NCBI GenBank assembly: GCA_030390025.1
Contig: CM059432.1
Coordinates: forward strand, 141,920,001 to 141,984,000
Source: Squalus acanthias
Taxonomy: Eukaryota
DNA length: 64,000 nt
Reading direction: 5' to 3'
Part shown: in pieces, positions 1 through 11,202 of the stretch
Layout of the letters: each line of letters begins with the position of its first letter
Position numbering within the stretch: position 1 is the first letter of the stretch
Notes under the pieces: generated by a model
The model's input: only the letters and a program-made list of their open reading frames with translations
What the model was told of the DNA's origin: nothing
Databases searched by the model: none
Made by a program: the position numbers and the translations under genes

Positions 1-59
1 TCTTGGAGGAGCCGCAATTTCCTCCAGTTAAACACTGTGAAGGTCAAAGCCATCAGTGG

Positions 60-900
60 CAGACCCTGCCTCAGACTCCGTACCCTTGCCATTGATTCCG
101 TTCCCCACCACTGAACCCTGAGCTGAGCTTCCGACCTCATATCCTCGCCATCACACAGACCACCTACTTCCACCTCCATAATAGCACGTGTCTCCGTCTC
201 TGCCTCTGCCCTTTTGCTGCTGAAACACTCACCCATGCCTTTGTCACCTCCATTCGCAAATATGTCCTGGCCGGCTTCCCATCCACCACCCTCCGTAAAA
301 TTCAGCTTCTTCAAAACTCTGCTGCCTGTATCCTATCCTGCACCAAATCCCACTCATCCATCACCCCTGCCCTTGCTGACATACATCAGCTCCCAGACAA
401 CCAAGACCTCAAAATTTTAAATTCGCTTCCTCATGTTTAAATCCCTTCATTGCCTCTCCTCTCCCTAATTCTGTAACCTCCGCCAGCCCTAAATCACCCT
501 TTGAAATCTCGGACTCTGACCTTGTGCCACCACCCACCCCCCCACACTTTGCCCTGCTATTGGCAACCTAGGCTTCATACTCTGGAATTCCCTTCCTAAA
601 CCCATCTGCTTTTGCACCACCCCCTACTCCTTAAACAACAACTTGCATTTACATAGCGCCTTTAATGTAGTAAAACGTCCCAAGGTGCTTCACAGGAGCA
701 ATTATCAGACAAAATTTGACACCGCACCACATAAGGAGATACTTGGACAGGCGACTAAACGCTTGGACAAAGAGGTAGGTTTTCTGGAGCATCATAAAGG
801 AGGAGAGAGAGGTTGGGTTGGGGGGAATTCTAGAGCTTAAACCCACCTCTTTGATCAAGCTTTGGCTTTGAGTCATTTTTTTTTTCTGATGGCGCCTCTG
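60..900. mobile_element. Decayed L2 fragments
   Basis: Similar to the L2 at 15295-16166, mostly + orientation, with an oppositely oriented tail piece at ~635-840. Confidence 0.65.
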
Positions 901-1499
901 TAACCCGCCTTCGGACTTTTTTTTGTATATTAGCACTCCAGCCATGAAGCCTCACACGATGGAAGCACGTATCAGAAATTTAGACATGGAAGTCAGCGTG
1001 GCCCATATGCAGCCTTAATGATTTCCAGTGCATTCAAATTAATAGACAGTGTGCTTTAATTCATAAAATATAGGAACAGGAGTAGACCATTTAGCCCCTC
1101 GAGCCTGTTCTGCCATTCAATTAGCTCACGGCTGATCTATACCTCAACTCCATCTACCCGCTTGGTTCCATAACCCTTAATACCCTTACCTATCTGACAT
1201 CACCCCTAAATGGCCTAGCTCTAATTTTAAGTTTATGCCTCTTGTTCTGGTCTCCCCCACCAGAGGAGATAGTTTCTCTATATCGAATAAGTTCATCATT
1301 TAAAAACACCTCAATTAAATCACTTCTCCTAAACTCTAGCAATACAAACAGTTTATGCAACCTGTCCACATAATTTAACCCTTTAAGCCCTGGTATCATT
1401 CTGGTGAATCTGCACTGCACCCCCTCCAAGGCCAATATATCCTTCCTGAAGTTCGGTGCCCAGAACTGAATGCAGTACTACAGATGGGGTCTGACCAAA

Positions 1500-1895
1500 G
1501 AAAAGAAAGAAAGATTTGCATTTCTGTAGCGCCTTTCATGACCATCGGACGTCCCAAAGCGCTTTACAGCCAATTAAGTACTTTTGAAGTGTAGTCACTA
1601 TTGTAATGTAGGAAACATGGCAGCCAATTTTTCTCACAGCAAGCTCCCACAAAAAACAGCAATGTGATAATGACCAGATAATAGGTGTTGGTTGAGGGAT
1701 AAATATTGGCCAGGACACCAGGGAGAACTCCCCTGCTTTTCTACAAAATTGTGCCATGGGATCTTTTATGTCCACCTGAGAGCACCTCTGACTGTGCAGC
1801 ACTCCCTCAGTACTGTGCAGCACTCCCTCACTACTGCACTAGAGTGTCAGCCAAGATTTTTGTGCGCAAGTCTGTGGAGTGGGACTTGAACCCAC

Positions 1896-1937
<42 letters not shown>

Positions 1938-1944
1938 GACTGAC
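1500..1944 (-). mobile_element. tRNA-derived Deu-domain SINE (SacSINE1-like)
   Basis: A/B-box head (GTGGCTCAGTGG...GGTTCAAGTCC), conserved core (aaaagatcccatggcac...ctggccaatatttatccctc), L2-like tail. Confidence 0.85.
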
Positions 1945-1960
1945 CCTACCAAGGCTCTAT

Positions 1961-2770
1961 GGGGGAAAAATTGGGTATCACCCATTTTTGGGTGCTAATA
2001 TCGGCCAGGCGCAAAGTTTAGCGCCCGGCGCTAATTATTGCCTCCGACTGCAAAATTCACCTCTATCGCCCCTGGAGGTGATTTGAGTGCTAAATCAAGT
2101 GCTACACACCTCTCTTAAGATGCTAACATTGGGAGCGAGGCGCTACCTCAGAACGCTACTGAAGCTCAGGCGATGTCAGTTACCATGGAAGCCAGTTCTT
2201 AAAGGGGAGGGGCCATCTTGCTGGCCAGCCACACCCTGCTCACTGCAGCCTTGAATCTCGGCCTGGAAAGACCGCTAAAGCAATTGTGTGGAAGCACTAA
2301 TGGATAGGCCCAGGGATAGAGCTCAGTGCTTAGGAACCTCAAAAGTGGTGCTGAGGACCAAAACTCCTTAGGACAGTGTTAAATCTCTCCAGACGTCTCT
2401 CTCCCTCTCAACCTGCGTGTACCAAAAATGTTGCCGACAAGACAAAGCAGGAAGCGCACGCCTTTAAATAGCGCTCCCCCAGTCCCTTCCCGACTTGAAA
2501 ACGTTCGCCTCTACCTGTCGTTCCTAGCGGCAGGCGCTAAGGCAGGGGACGCGACTCAACTTCCAGTCCGGGGCGCTACTGGGGCGTTGCACGCTCGACT
2601 GACGTCACGATCTGCGGGCGCAGGAGATCGTGGCGGTAGTGTTTAGCGCCACCGCAAAACGACTGGTCAATTTCGCGAGCAGCGCTAAAATTGCCGCGCT
2701 CAGGCGCTAAGTTCCTAGCGCCCCCCAGAGGCGCTAATGGGAGGCGCTAACCCACCGAATTTCTCCCCCC
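1961..2770. mobile_element. Non-autonomous DNA transposon, PIF/Harbinger-like
   Basis: Termini GGGGGAAAAATTGG...CCGAATTTCTCCCCCC, 3-bp TAT duplication on both sides, many internal GGCGCTAA/TTAGCGCC motifs. Confidence 0.7.
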
Positions 2771-3046
2771 TATAAACCTTATTTAGATTTAACTACTTTA
2801 CGTGTGGGATGTATTGCACAGGTGTGTCTGTGGAGGAGGTTACAGAATGTGTATGATTTTTTTTATTATACATTCACAAGATGTGGGTGTCGCTGACAAG
2901 GCCAGCATTTATTGCCCATCCCTAAATGCCTGAGAAGGTGGTGGTGGTGAGCTGCCTTCTTGAACGTTGTAGTCGTGTGGTATGACTCGTGAACACAAAT
3001 TCAAATCAATTACAAGTTTAACAAATTCTATTTTCCAATGTTTTAG

Positions 3047-3281
3047 CATTAACAAGGACCATAAACGCATCCCTGAATCAATTCCAGAAGCTGTTTGTCT
3101 GTGTCATGGATGCATCAATTTTAGTAAGATGAAGCACACGCTGGATTACACTTCAGTACCTGTGACAACAACCATGCAGGTGTATTATCGCACATCCTGT
3201 GGAGAACATAAGTTTCGGTACGAAACTAAATGGATTGAAATTGCTATTGCTTGTACATGCATCTCCCCAAAGTTGGATTAA
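3047..3281 (+). CDS. Terminal coding exon of an interleukin-17 family cytokine (IL-17B-like; subfamily uncertain); upstream exons not found in the window
   Basis: Acceptor ttttccaatgttttag at 3031-3046 (phase 2), then INKDHKRIPESIPEAVCLCHGCIN...SVPV...VYYRTSC...IAIACTCISPKLD*. This has the IL-17 cystine-knot pattern D-x-x-R-x-P...EA-x-C-x-C-x-GC...SVP...C-x-C. Confidence 0.9.
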
Positions 3282-3699
3282 CTAATCAATGTGCGCAGGA
3301 GATGTGTCTTACTGTGATTGTATCGTATTTGCCAGAATAATTGTATTGTATCAAGATATCCTGAACTGTATTATTATTATTTTCTGCTGTTGAGTTGGGT
3401 TCCCCTGGGGGAATGGGGAAGGACGTTCAAAGCTCGTGTTCAGTAACTGTAGTTTCACAAAGATGTATGTTTTTGGACAACCAGTGTACTTTTCATATTT
3501 TTGTTTTAATACAAAAGGAAAGTACGACAAGTGATTTTGTGAAATATCTTCAAGGGAATAGTAACATTCAAAAGGGAACTGGATAAACACTTGAAGGGAA
3601 AAATTTGCAGGGCTATGAGGAAAGAGCAGGCGGAATGGGACTAATTGGATAGCTCTTTCAAAGAGCCGGCACAGGCACGATGGGCCGAATGGAAGCAAA

Positions 3700-4145
3700 G
3701 AAGAAAAAAATGAAAGACTTGCATTTATATAGAGCCTTTCATAACCTCAGGATGCCCCACGTGTAGTCACTATTGTAATGCAGGAAATGCAGCAGCCAAT
3801 TTGCGCACAGCAAGCTCCCACAAACAGCAATGTGATAATGACCAGATAATTTTGTTTGCAGTGATGTTGACTGAGGGATAAATATTGGCCAGGACACCGG
3901 GGATAACTCCCCTGCTCTTCTTTGAAATAGTGCCATGGGATCTTTTACGTCCACCTGAGAGAGCAGACGGGGGCCTCGGTTTAACATCTCATCTGAAAGG
4001 CGGCACCTCCGACAGTGCAGCACTCCCTCAGTACTGCACCGGGAGTGTCAGCCTACATTTTGTGCTCAAGTCTCTGGTGTAGGACTTTAACTCACAACCC
4101 TCTGACTCAGAGGCGAGAGTGCTACTCACTGAGCCATGGCTGACA
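3700..4145 (-). mobile_element. Deu-domain SINE (SacSINE1-like)
   Basis: Same family as 1500-1944. Confidence 0.85.
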
Positions 4146-5927
4146 TAAACTAGTAAAACAAAGTAAGAGGAGATAAAATTTCAACATATTGAAATTCCTG
4201 TTATTTAGTAGGTAGCAGGGAAGTGGGAAACCTAGAAAAATTAGTCTTTTTCTTTGCAACTTTGTTTTTTCTGCCTGCTTTTAAAGTGGCTATACAGGCG
4301 CGAAGAAAAGCCAAGTTACTTTTCATAGAATCATAGAATTGTACAACACATTCGGCCCATCGTGCCTGTGCCGGCTCTTTGAAAGAGCTCTCCAATTAGT
4401 CCCACTCCCTTGCTCTTTTCCCATAGCCTTGCAATTTTTTTTCCTTTTCACGTATTTATCCAATTCCCTTTTGAAAGTTACTATTGAATCTGCTTCCACC
4501 GCCCTTTCAGGCAGCGCAATCTAGATCATAACAACTTGTGTAAGTTTTTTTTCTCCTCATGTAGCCTCTGTTTCTTTTGCCAATTACCTTGGTGGCACAG
4601 ATCTGATTTTTTTCTGCAGATTGAGGCACTTTTTCCTTGGCAACTTTCCTGCCTGTGCACACCTTGGATCAATTTTGTTTTTAAACACTTTCCATACTTT
4701 AGTGGTGTTCGCACTTGCGCTAGAGGTAAAGCATCCACAAAAATGATTTGTCTGCGGGAAAAGGCTGATCGCGCCCTGCACCGTGACAGAGGCGGATACC
4801 TGGAGACACAAAAAAACAAATCTCAAATGTATTGCTTCACCCGAGATTAACAGCACCGTCAGACTACACATCCCCTTGTTCGTCTTTCCCATTTGTAATT
4901 TGGGTAACTATCATCCTTGTGGAGTATTACATAGAATTACATAGAATTTACAGCACAGAAACAGGCCATTCGGCCCAATTGATCCATGCCAGTGTTTATG
5001 CTCCACACGAGCCAGCTCTCACCCTACCTTACCTGATTTGCATAACCTTCTATTCCTTTCTCCCTCATGTGTTTATCTAGCTTCTCCTTAAAAAGCATCT
5101 ATGCTACCCGCCTCACCCACTCCTTGTGGTAGCGAGTTCCACATTCTCACCACTCTCTGGGTAAAGAAGTTTAATGTAAATAGTACTTACCTGGGCAGCA
5201 CTGCTGCCTCTTTTGTGCATTTCCTGGCAAGGTTTTAAAGAGTTGAATTTTTTTCTTAACAAAAAGAGCTGAGCTGTTGCAGCATTACTCACTCCTGTTT
5301 TTTGTATCCTTTGAAGACCAGGTGTTCGAGGAGTGTGAGCGTAGCCTTCACATTCAACCGTGATAAAAATTGTTACGGTTGTGAAGGGACTTTGTGCAAG
5401 TGCAATGTACCGCAAACAAAGTACATGTGTCAAATTTTTGCTTTGATAACGCTCCTGTGAAGCGCCTTGGGATGTTTTACTACGTTAAGGACGCTACAAG
5501 TTGTTGTTGCTGTATTAGAGTATTTTGTTTAGATTTAGTGAAATGGTCGACAACCAAGCAAGGTCTTCTTTATTTTTTTTGGTTCTGTCGGTTTTATTGA
5601 ATTGTTACGGACAGTTGCCTTCTGTGAAGGTTTAATACTAAATGCATTTTGCTGTATAAACCAATTAAAACATTTCTCGTCTATAAATAGACAGATGCGT
5701 CAAAATATTAGAATTGGGGGAGGGGGAGGGGTGTTGGAACCCAGTGTCAAAAAACAATGGAGTTCTTGTTTCCCAACTCAATGTTTATAAGCTGAAGTCC
5801 CAGGGCTGCCTCTTGCTTTGTCCCACCTGCCCTATTCTGACAAGGTAAGGCATTGGTCAGTGCACTGTGGCTGCCCTGTGGACAGAAAATTGGCAAATAT
5901 ATAAATATGTCCAAAAATAAACACATT

Positions 5928-6861
5928 GGGGTAGAGTTTCCGCTTTGGGCACAATCGGCAATTCTGCAAATTGCGCCTGTTTTGAAAAGTGATTTTTCCC
6001 CCCCCACCCTCCCCCCCACCCCGAGTTTCTTGCCCGTGCATACCTTGGATCAATTTTGTTTTTAAATACTTTCCATACTTTAGTGGTGTTCGCACTTGCA
6101 CTGGAGGCAAAGGCAAAGCATCCACAAAAATGTTATGTCTGTGGGGAAAGGTTGACACCTGAAGACACAAAAGAACAGATCTCAAATGGATTGCCTCACC
6201 CGAGATTAACAGCACCGTCAGACTAAACATCACCTTGTTCGTCATTTGCATATCGCTGAACGCAAAATCTGCCCTGAATCAGCGCAATTGAGCAGCGTTT
6301 TAGAACATAGTTTTTTTTAAATTAAATTCTGCTTTAAAAAATATTCCTTGATATATTTAGGAGTGGTTACTTGGTAAAGTTTGAATTAATACAACTGAAA
6401 ATGGGTTTATCACAAAAAATAAGCATTATAAATCACAGTGTCAATCCACCACCTGTGAGTAATCCGATTTTAAATTACTGAAAATTATTTTTTTTAAATA
6501 TACAAAACTATTTTTGGTTAGGTTGGGGTACAGTAGTCAGTTCCTTGTAAAAAAAAATTAAATTTCATTCAAAGCGCTTGTGCCCAAAAGATCCAGCTTA
6601 ATTTTTGCAGCCTCCTCGAAGGCCTGCAAACGACTGCAATTAATGGAAACTCGCCATGGTGATTAATTCACACTGGGGGCGTGGCCAGGTTTATGGGTGG
6701 GGCCCGCTTCTAGTGTGGTGTATTTAAAACTAGCGCAAAAGATCGCAGAACGCAATTTGCGCTTAAAATTCTGCAATCTTTTGCGCCGGTTACGCCGGTT
6801 ACGCCGATATCGGGGGAATTGCGCCAAAAAAACAGCGGACCTGAGTGGAAAAGCCAGGCCC
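5928..6861. mobile_element. Probable non-autonomous DNA transposon; part of its interior is also present at ~4600-4890
   Basis: Imperfect GGG...CCC inverted termini; 6036-6243 closely matches 4636-4884. Confidence 0.5.
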
Positions 6862-7325
6862 TTTTAAGGAACTAACCACAATACTGCAAAGTGCCACGTG
6901 GGTTTGTCGTCACAATCATTACTGATATTTTTGAAATAGTCAGCCTGTGCTGCGTAAAAAGGCTAAAAGCATTTGATTTTTTTTTCCAAACGCTGTACTT
7001 CTGACCTATGTAGCTGTCAAAAATGTGTCACCAACTTATCACGTTCACAGAAAAGACATTGAGGCAGTTGCTTGAAATGCCAGACTTAAAAGATGTTGAG
7101 AAATATTGGTCAGAAATTTGTTTAATTGGAGAGCTCTTTCAAAGAGCCGGCACAGGCACGATGGGCTGAATGGCCTCCTTCTGTGCTGTAAGAGCCTATG
7201 AAATTCGATACTTCAAGAAAATTCCAAGTATTCACAATAACCTTTTTCGAAGAATATAAAATTTGTTGCTTACAGGACACTAGAACGTACAGATCCGGAA
7301 CCTGCTTCTGGGAAACACACATACT

Positions 7326-7500
7326 GGGGGGTAATTTTGATTTTGGGTGAAAATGTAAAATGGGCGATATTGATTCTGCAGCTTATTATACTTCTCTCCC
7401 GATTTCCATTCCCATTGACTTCAGTCGGGAGAGATGTATACAGGGTGACCAATCCCATATCGTATGTTTTACACTATCGCCCAAAGTTACCAACCCCCCC
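7326..7500. mobile_element. Short palindromic MITE
   Basis: Imperfect ~50-bp inverted arms (ttttgggtgaaaatgtaaaa / ttttacactatcgcccaaag) bounded by G and C runs. Confidence 0.55.
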
Positions 7501-8182
7501 CACGAAGAGTGTTACAGAAAGGGGCTAGTTATAGAGCGGTCTCTTATATCGTTATCTAATCTATGTACTAAAACGTATCATGCAGTTTGCAGCCTGAGTC
7601 TCTCATGTACAAATTGTCACCTGGTTATTCAGTGGAGGAATAAAATATTGCTGTAATCCACCTTCCAGTTAACTTGCTCTGTTTACTTGATAACAGAAGG
7701 AGTTAATAAATTTTCTGTAAAGAATACGGTATATCGTGTAAAAAAGGATCTGTGATAAAATAGCATTGCACTGATAAGTGTTCCTGGACCTCTGAAATGC
7801 GCTTTTCCTGAATCTGAATGTTCTCTTGCAAGGGATTACTATAAATTAGATTTTTTTTGTGAATTTGCACAATAATGTTAAAGGACTTTAATAAATCTAT
7901 GTAATAAAATTAAACGTATTGTCGTTACTGTAAAAAAACAACCTTGGATTACCTATACCCGGTGTTTGCTGCCTTCAGTACCTTGCTACCCATTACCAGA
8001 AACATTACATCAAAAGTACGCCACAGCGTTTATGAAAAACCCTAGCACAGTGACCTAAAATAAATGAGTCAAACAACTGATGCTGACAATGTGGCCAAAA
8101 AAAAGCCTGCTTTTCCCACCACGTTAATTACCTACAGAATTTAACAACGAGCAGAATGAAATAATTCTGAAAACACAAACTC

Positions 8183-8624
8183 ACATTTCTATAGCGCCTT
8201 TCATGACCTCAGGACATCCCAAAGCACTTTGCAGCCACTTTTGAAGTGTAGTCACTGTTGTAATGTAGGCAACGCAGCAGCCAATATACGCACAGCAAGA
8301 TCCCATAAACAGCAATGTGATAATGTCCAGATAATCTGTTTTTAGGTATTGGTTTGAGGGATGGAATATTGGCCCAGGACACTGGGGATAACTCCCCCTG
8401 CTCTTCTTCGAATAGTGTCACGGGATCTTTTACATCCACCTGAGAGAGCGGACAGGATCCCAGATTAACGTCTCATCCGAAAGACGGCACCTCTGACAGT
8501 GCAGTGCTCCCTCAGTACTGGAGTGTCAGCCTAGATTATGGGCTCAAGTGTCTGGAGTGGGACTTGGAACCCACAACCTTCTGACTCAGAGGAGAGAGTG
8601 CTACCCACTGAGCCACAGCTGACA
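8183..8624 (-). mobile_element. Deu-domain SINE (SacSINE1-like)
   Basis: Same family. Confidence 0.85.
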
Positions 8625-9945
8625 CCTGTGTGTCAGGTAGAAATAGGTAGAATTTATTTTTGATATTTCATAGTATATTTCAGCATTGCTGTAAAGAAAT
8701 GTTCTTAAAGAACGGGTCTTATGCAGGCTGTGGAATGAGAGGATACAGGAGCAATCCCTGTGACCAGTGCTGGGTGGGTTGGTGCCAGATGGAGACTGTG
8801 GGCCTTTCTCTGGAAATTCAGAAGTAGCTGTCAGCACTAGATAACTGTGTTAATAGGCAGGGAACAGCAATATTATGTAGCTTCGGATGCAAGCCACTCA
8901 CCCACCCACACTCTCAACACTCCTCCCCGCCCTAGGTGTAGCGATACTGGGGAGTGAATGAGAGGATGCGCGCTCTTACCTGAGGAGTTAATGCCGTCAG
9001 AAAAGGAGCATTGGACTGGATCCATTTGCGAATTTTTCCCCTTCAATATTCTCCCTTCCTCTCATGAAGGTGCCCACTCGTGCCAGAAATATAGTTCCAC
9101 TCGGCAGTCCTGAAGATGCTGACTCGTGCAAGACACAGTTCCATGAATCATAGAACCACAGAAACTTACAGCACAGAAGGAGGCCATTCGGCCTGTCGTG
9201 CCTGTGCCGGCTTTTTGAAAGAGCATTCGTGCTTAGTCTCACACCCCTATTTTTTGTCCGTAACCCTGTAAGTTCCTCCTCCTCCTCAAGTATCTGTCCA
9301 ACTCCCTTTTAAAATTATTGATGGAATCCGCTTCCACCACCTTTTCAGGTCGAGCTTTCCAGATCCTGACAATGCTCTGAGTGAATAAAATTCTCCTCAT
9401 CTCCCGTCTCGATCTTTTGCCAGTGATTTTAAATCTACGAAGGTGCTGACTCATGCTAGACTACAGTTCCACCAGTGCCAGTCACCCTCTGACGCTTCCC
9501 CACTCGTGGCCCTTCTCTGAGAATTGGTAGGCTGATTTTTTTTCCCTCTTCCTAGCCCTTGAAACCAATAATTATAGTGTCCCAGCAGAAAGCAACTGGC
9601 TCATCGTGAGCTGGGAACCTTCCTGCTGTGTGCCTGGCTCAGTGGAACACCAGTTGATGCGTGAGATTTTAATAGAGGTGTTCAAAATGATTGAGGGGTT
9701 TTGATAGAGTAGATAGGGAGAAGCTGTTGCCACTGGCAGGAGGGTCGGTAACCAGAGGACACAGATTTAAGATAATTGGCAAAAGAGCCAGTGGGGAAAT
9801 TATTATTTTTTTGTTATGATCTGCAATGCACAGCCCGAAAGGGTGGTGGAAGCAGATTCAATAATAACTTTCAGGGGGAAAAGCAGTGGAGTGGGACTAA
9901 TTGGTAGCTCTTTCAAAGAGCCGGCACAATACAAACAAACAATAA

Positions 9946-10315
9946 AGTACTTTTGAAATGTAGTCACTGTTGTAATGTAGAAAACGCAGCAGCCAATTGC
10001 ACACAGCAAGATCCCACAAACAGCAATGTAATAATGACCAGATAATCTGTTTTTTTTTTGCTATGTTGATTGAGGGATAAATATTGGCCAGGACACCAGG
10101 GATAACTCCCCCTGCTCTTCTTCGAAATAGTGCCATGGGATCTATTACATCCACCTGAGAGAGCAGACGGGGCCTCGGTTTAACATCTCAGCCGAAAGAC
10201 GGCACCTCCAACAGTGCAGCACTCCCTCAGCACTGCCCTGGGAGTGTCAGTCCTAGATTTTTGTGCTCAAGTCTCTGGAGTGGGACTTGAACCCACAACC
10301 TCCTGACTCAGAGGC
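9946..10315 (-). mobile_element. Deu-domain SINE (SacSINE1-like), truncated
   Basis: Same family. Confidence 0.8.
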
Positions 10316-11202
10316 AAAAGCTGACCAACACCTTCGTTAAAGCTGACACGGCTGTAAAAGCTAATGGCAACTCGAAACCAGCCCTGAATAGAAGCCTGCG
10401 ACGTGTGCAAACAAATAATGAGCCTGAAAGTGCAGTGGGACACGAGCTTGAAACTTCAGCTCTAGCTATATCCAAAATTCCTTCACTTTCATTGAAGGAA
10501 AAGACACAAGTACAGGGAAGCTTGAAGGAGAATGGGGATACAAGTGTGTTGAAGACACAACATTTATTTTCTGGGGGGGATTTGGGGCCATGCCTCCCCC
10601 CAACCCCTCCCACCTTGCCAGAAAATTTTGATTTTAGACACTTGGGGGTGGAGAGGTGAGGTTTGATAGACTATTTTACAGTACCTTCAGGAGAAATTTC
10701 ATCGAGCTTTATTTTTGTGGAGTTTTACATATGATTGATCAATTTCCTTATGAGATTGAATAAATTAGGTAGAATTCAGCTCTTGTATGTTGAGTGGATT
10801 AATATTCGTCCCATATTGTCTCACGTTCTTCCGACTGTCAGTGCCGATACATTATAAAATAGAATTGTGATCCTGAGATTATTCCCAGTAGCTGACCCAG
10901 AATGGACACTTGTTACAACAGATATTTTAAAATAGCTATCCAGATATCCCGTTAGCGTTGAGACAGTGATTAGGAGTTGGTAACTGGCAGTGTTGGCTTC
11001 CGGTTCATCTTTCAGATATCCCTTAGGGGGTAAATAATGGATGACTGCTGCCCGGATATCCACTATAAGTGCTGAGTAATTCATCTAGCGGAAACATAAT
11101 TTAATTCGGTAATACGGTAAGCGAATTTGGATTTTGGATATTGTCTCACCATCACTGAGATTTCTGATCGATCACAAGTAGGTTTCTGCTCTTCTGATGG
11201 TA

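Noticed and set aside
5184..5198. U1 snRNA 5' end-like TACTTACCTGG
   Set aside because: No downstream U1 sequence or Sm site; it is simply the complement of a splice donor.
10405..10659. 84-aa plus-strand ORF
   Set aside because: Non-ATG start, no convincing acceptor and no recognisable motif.
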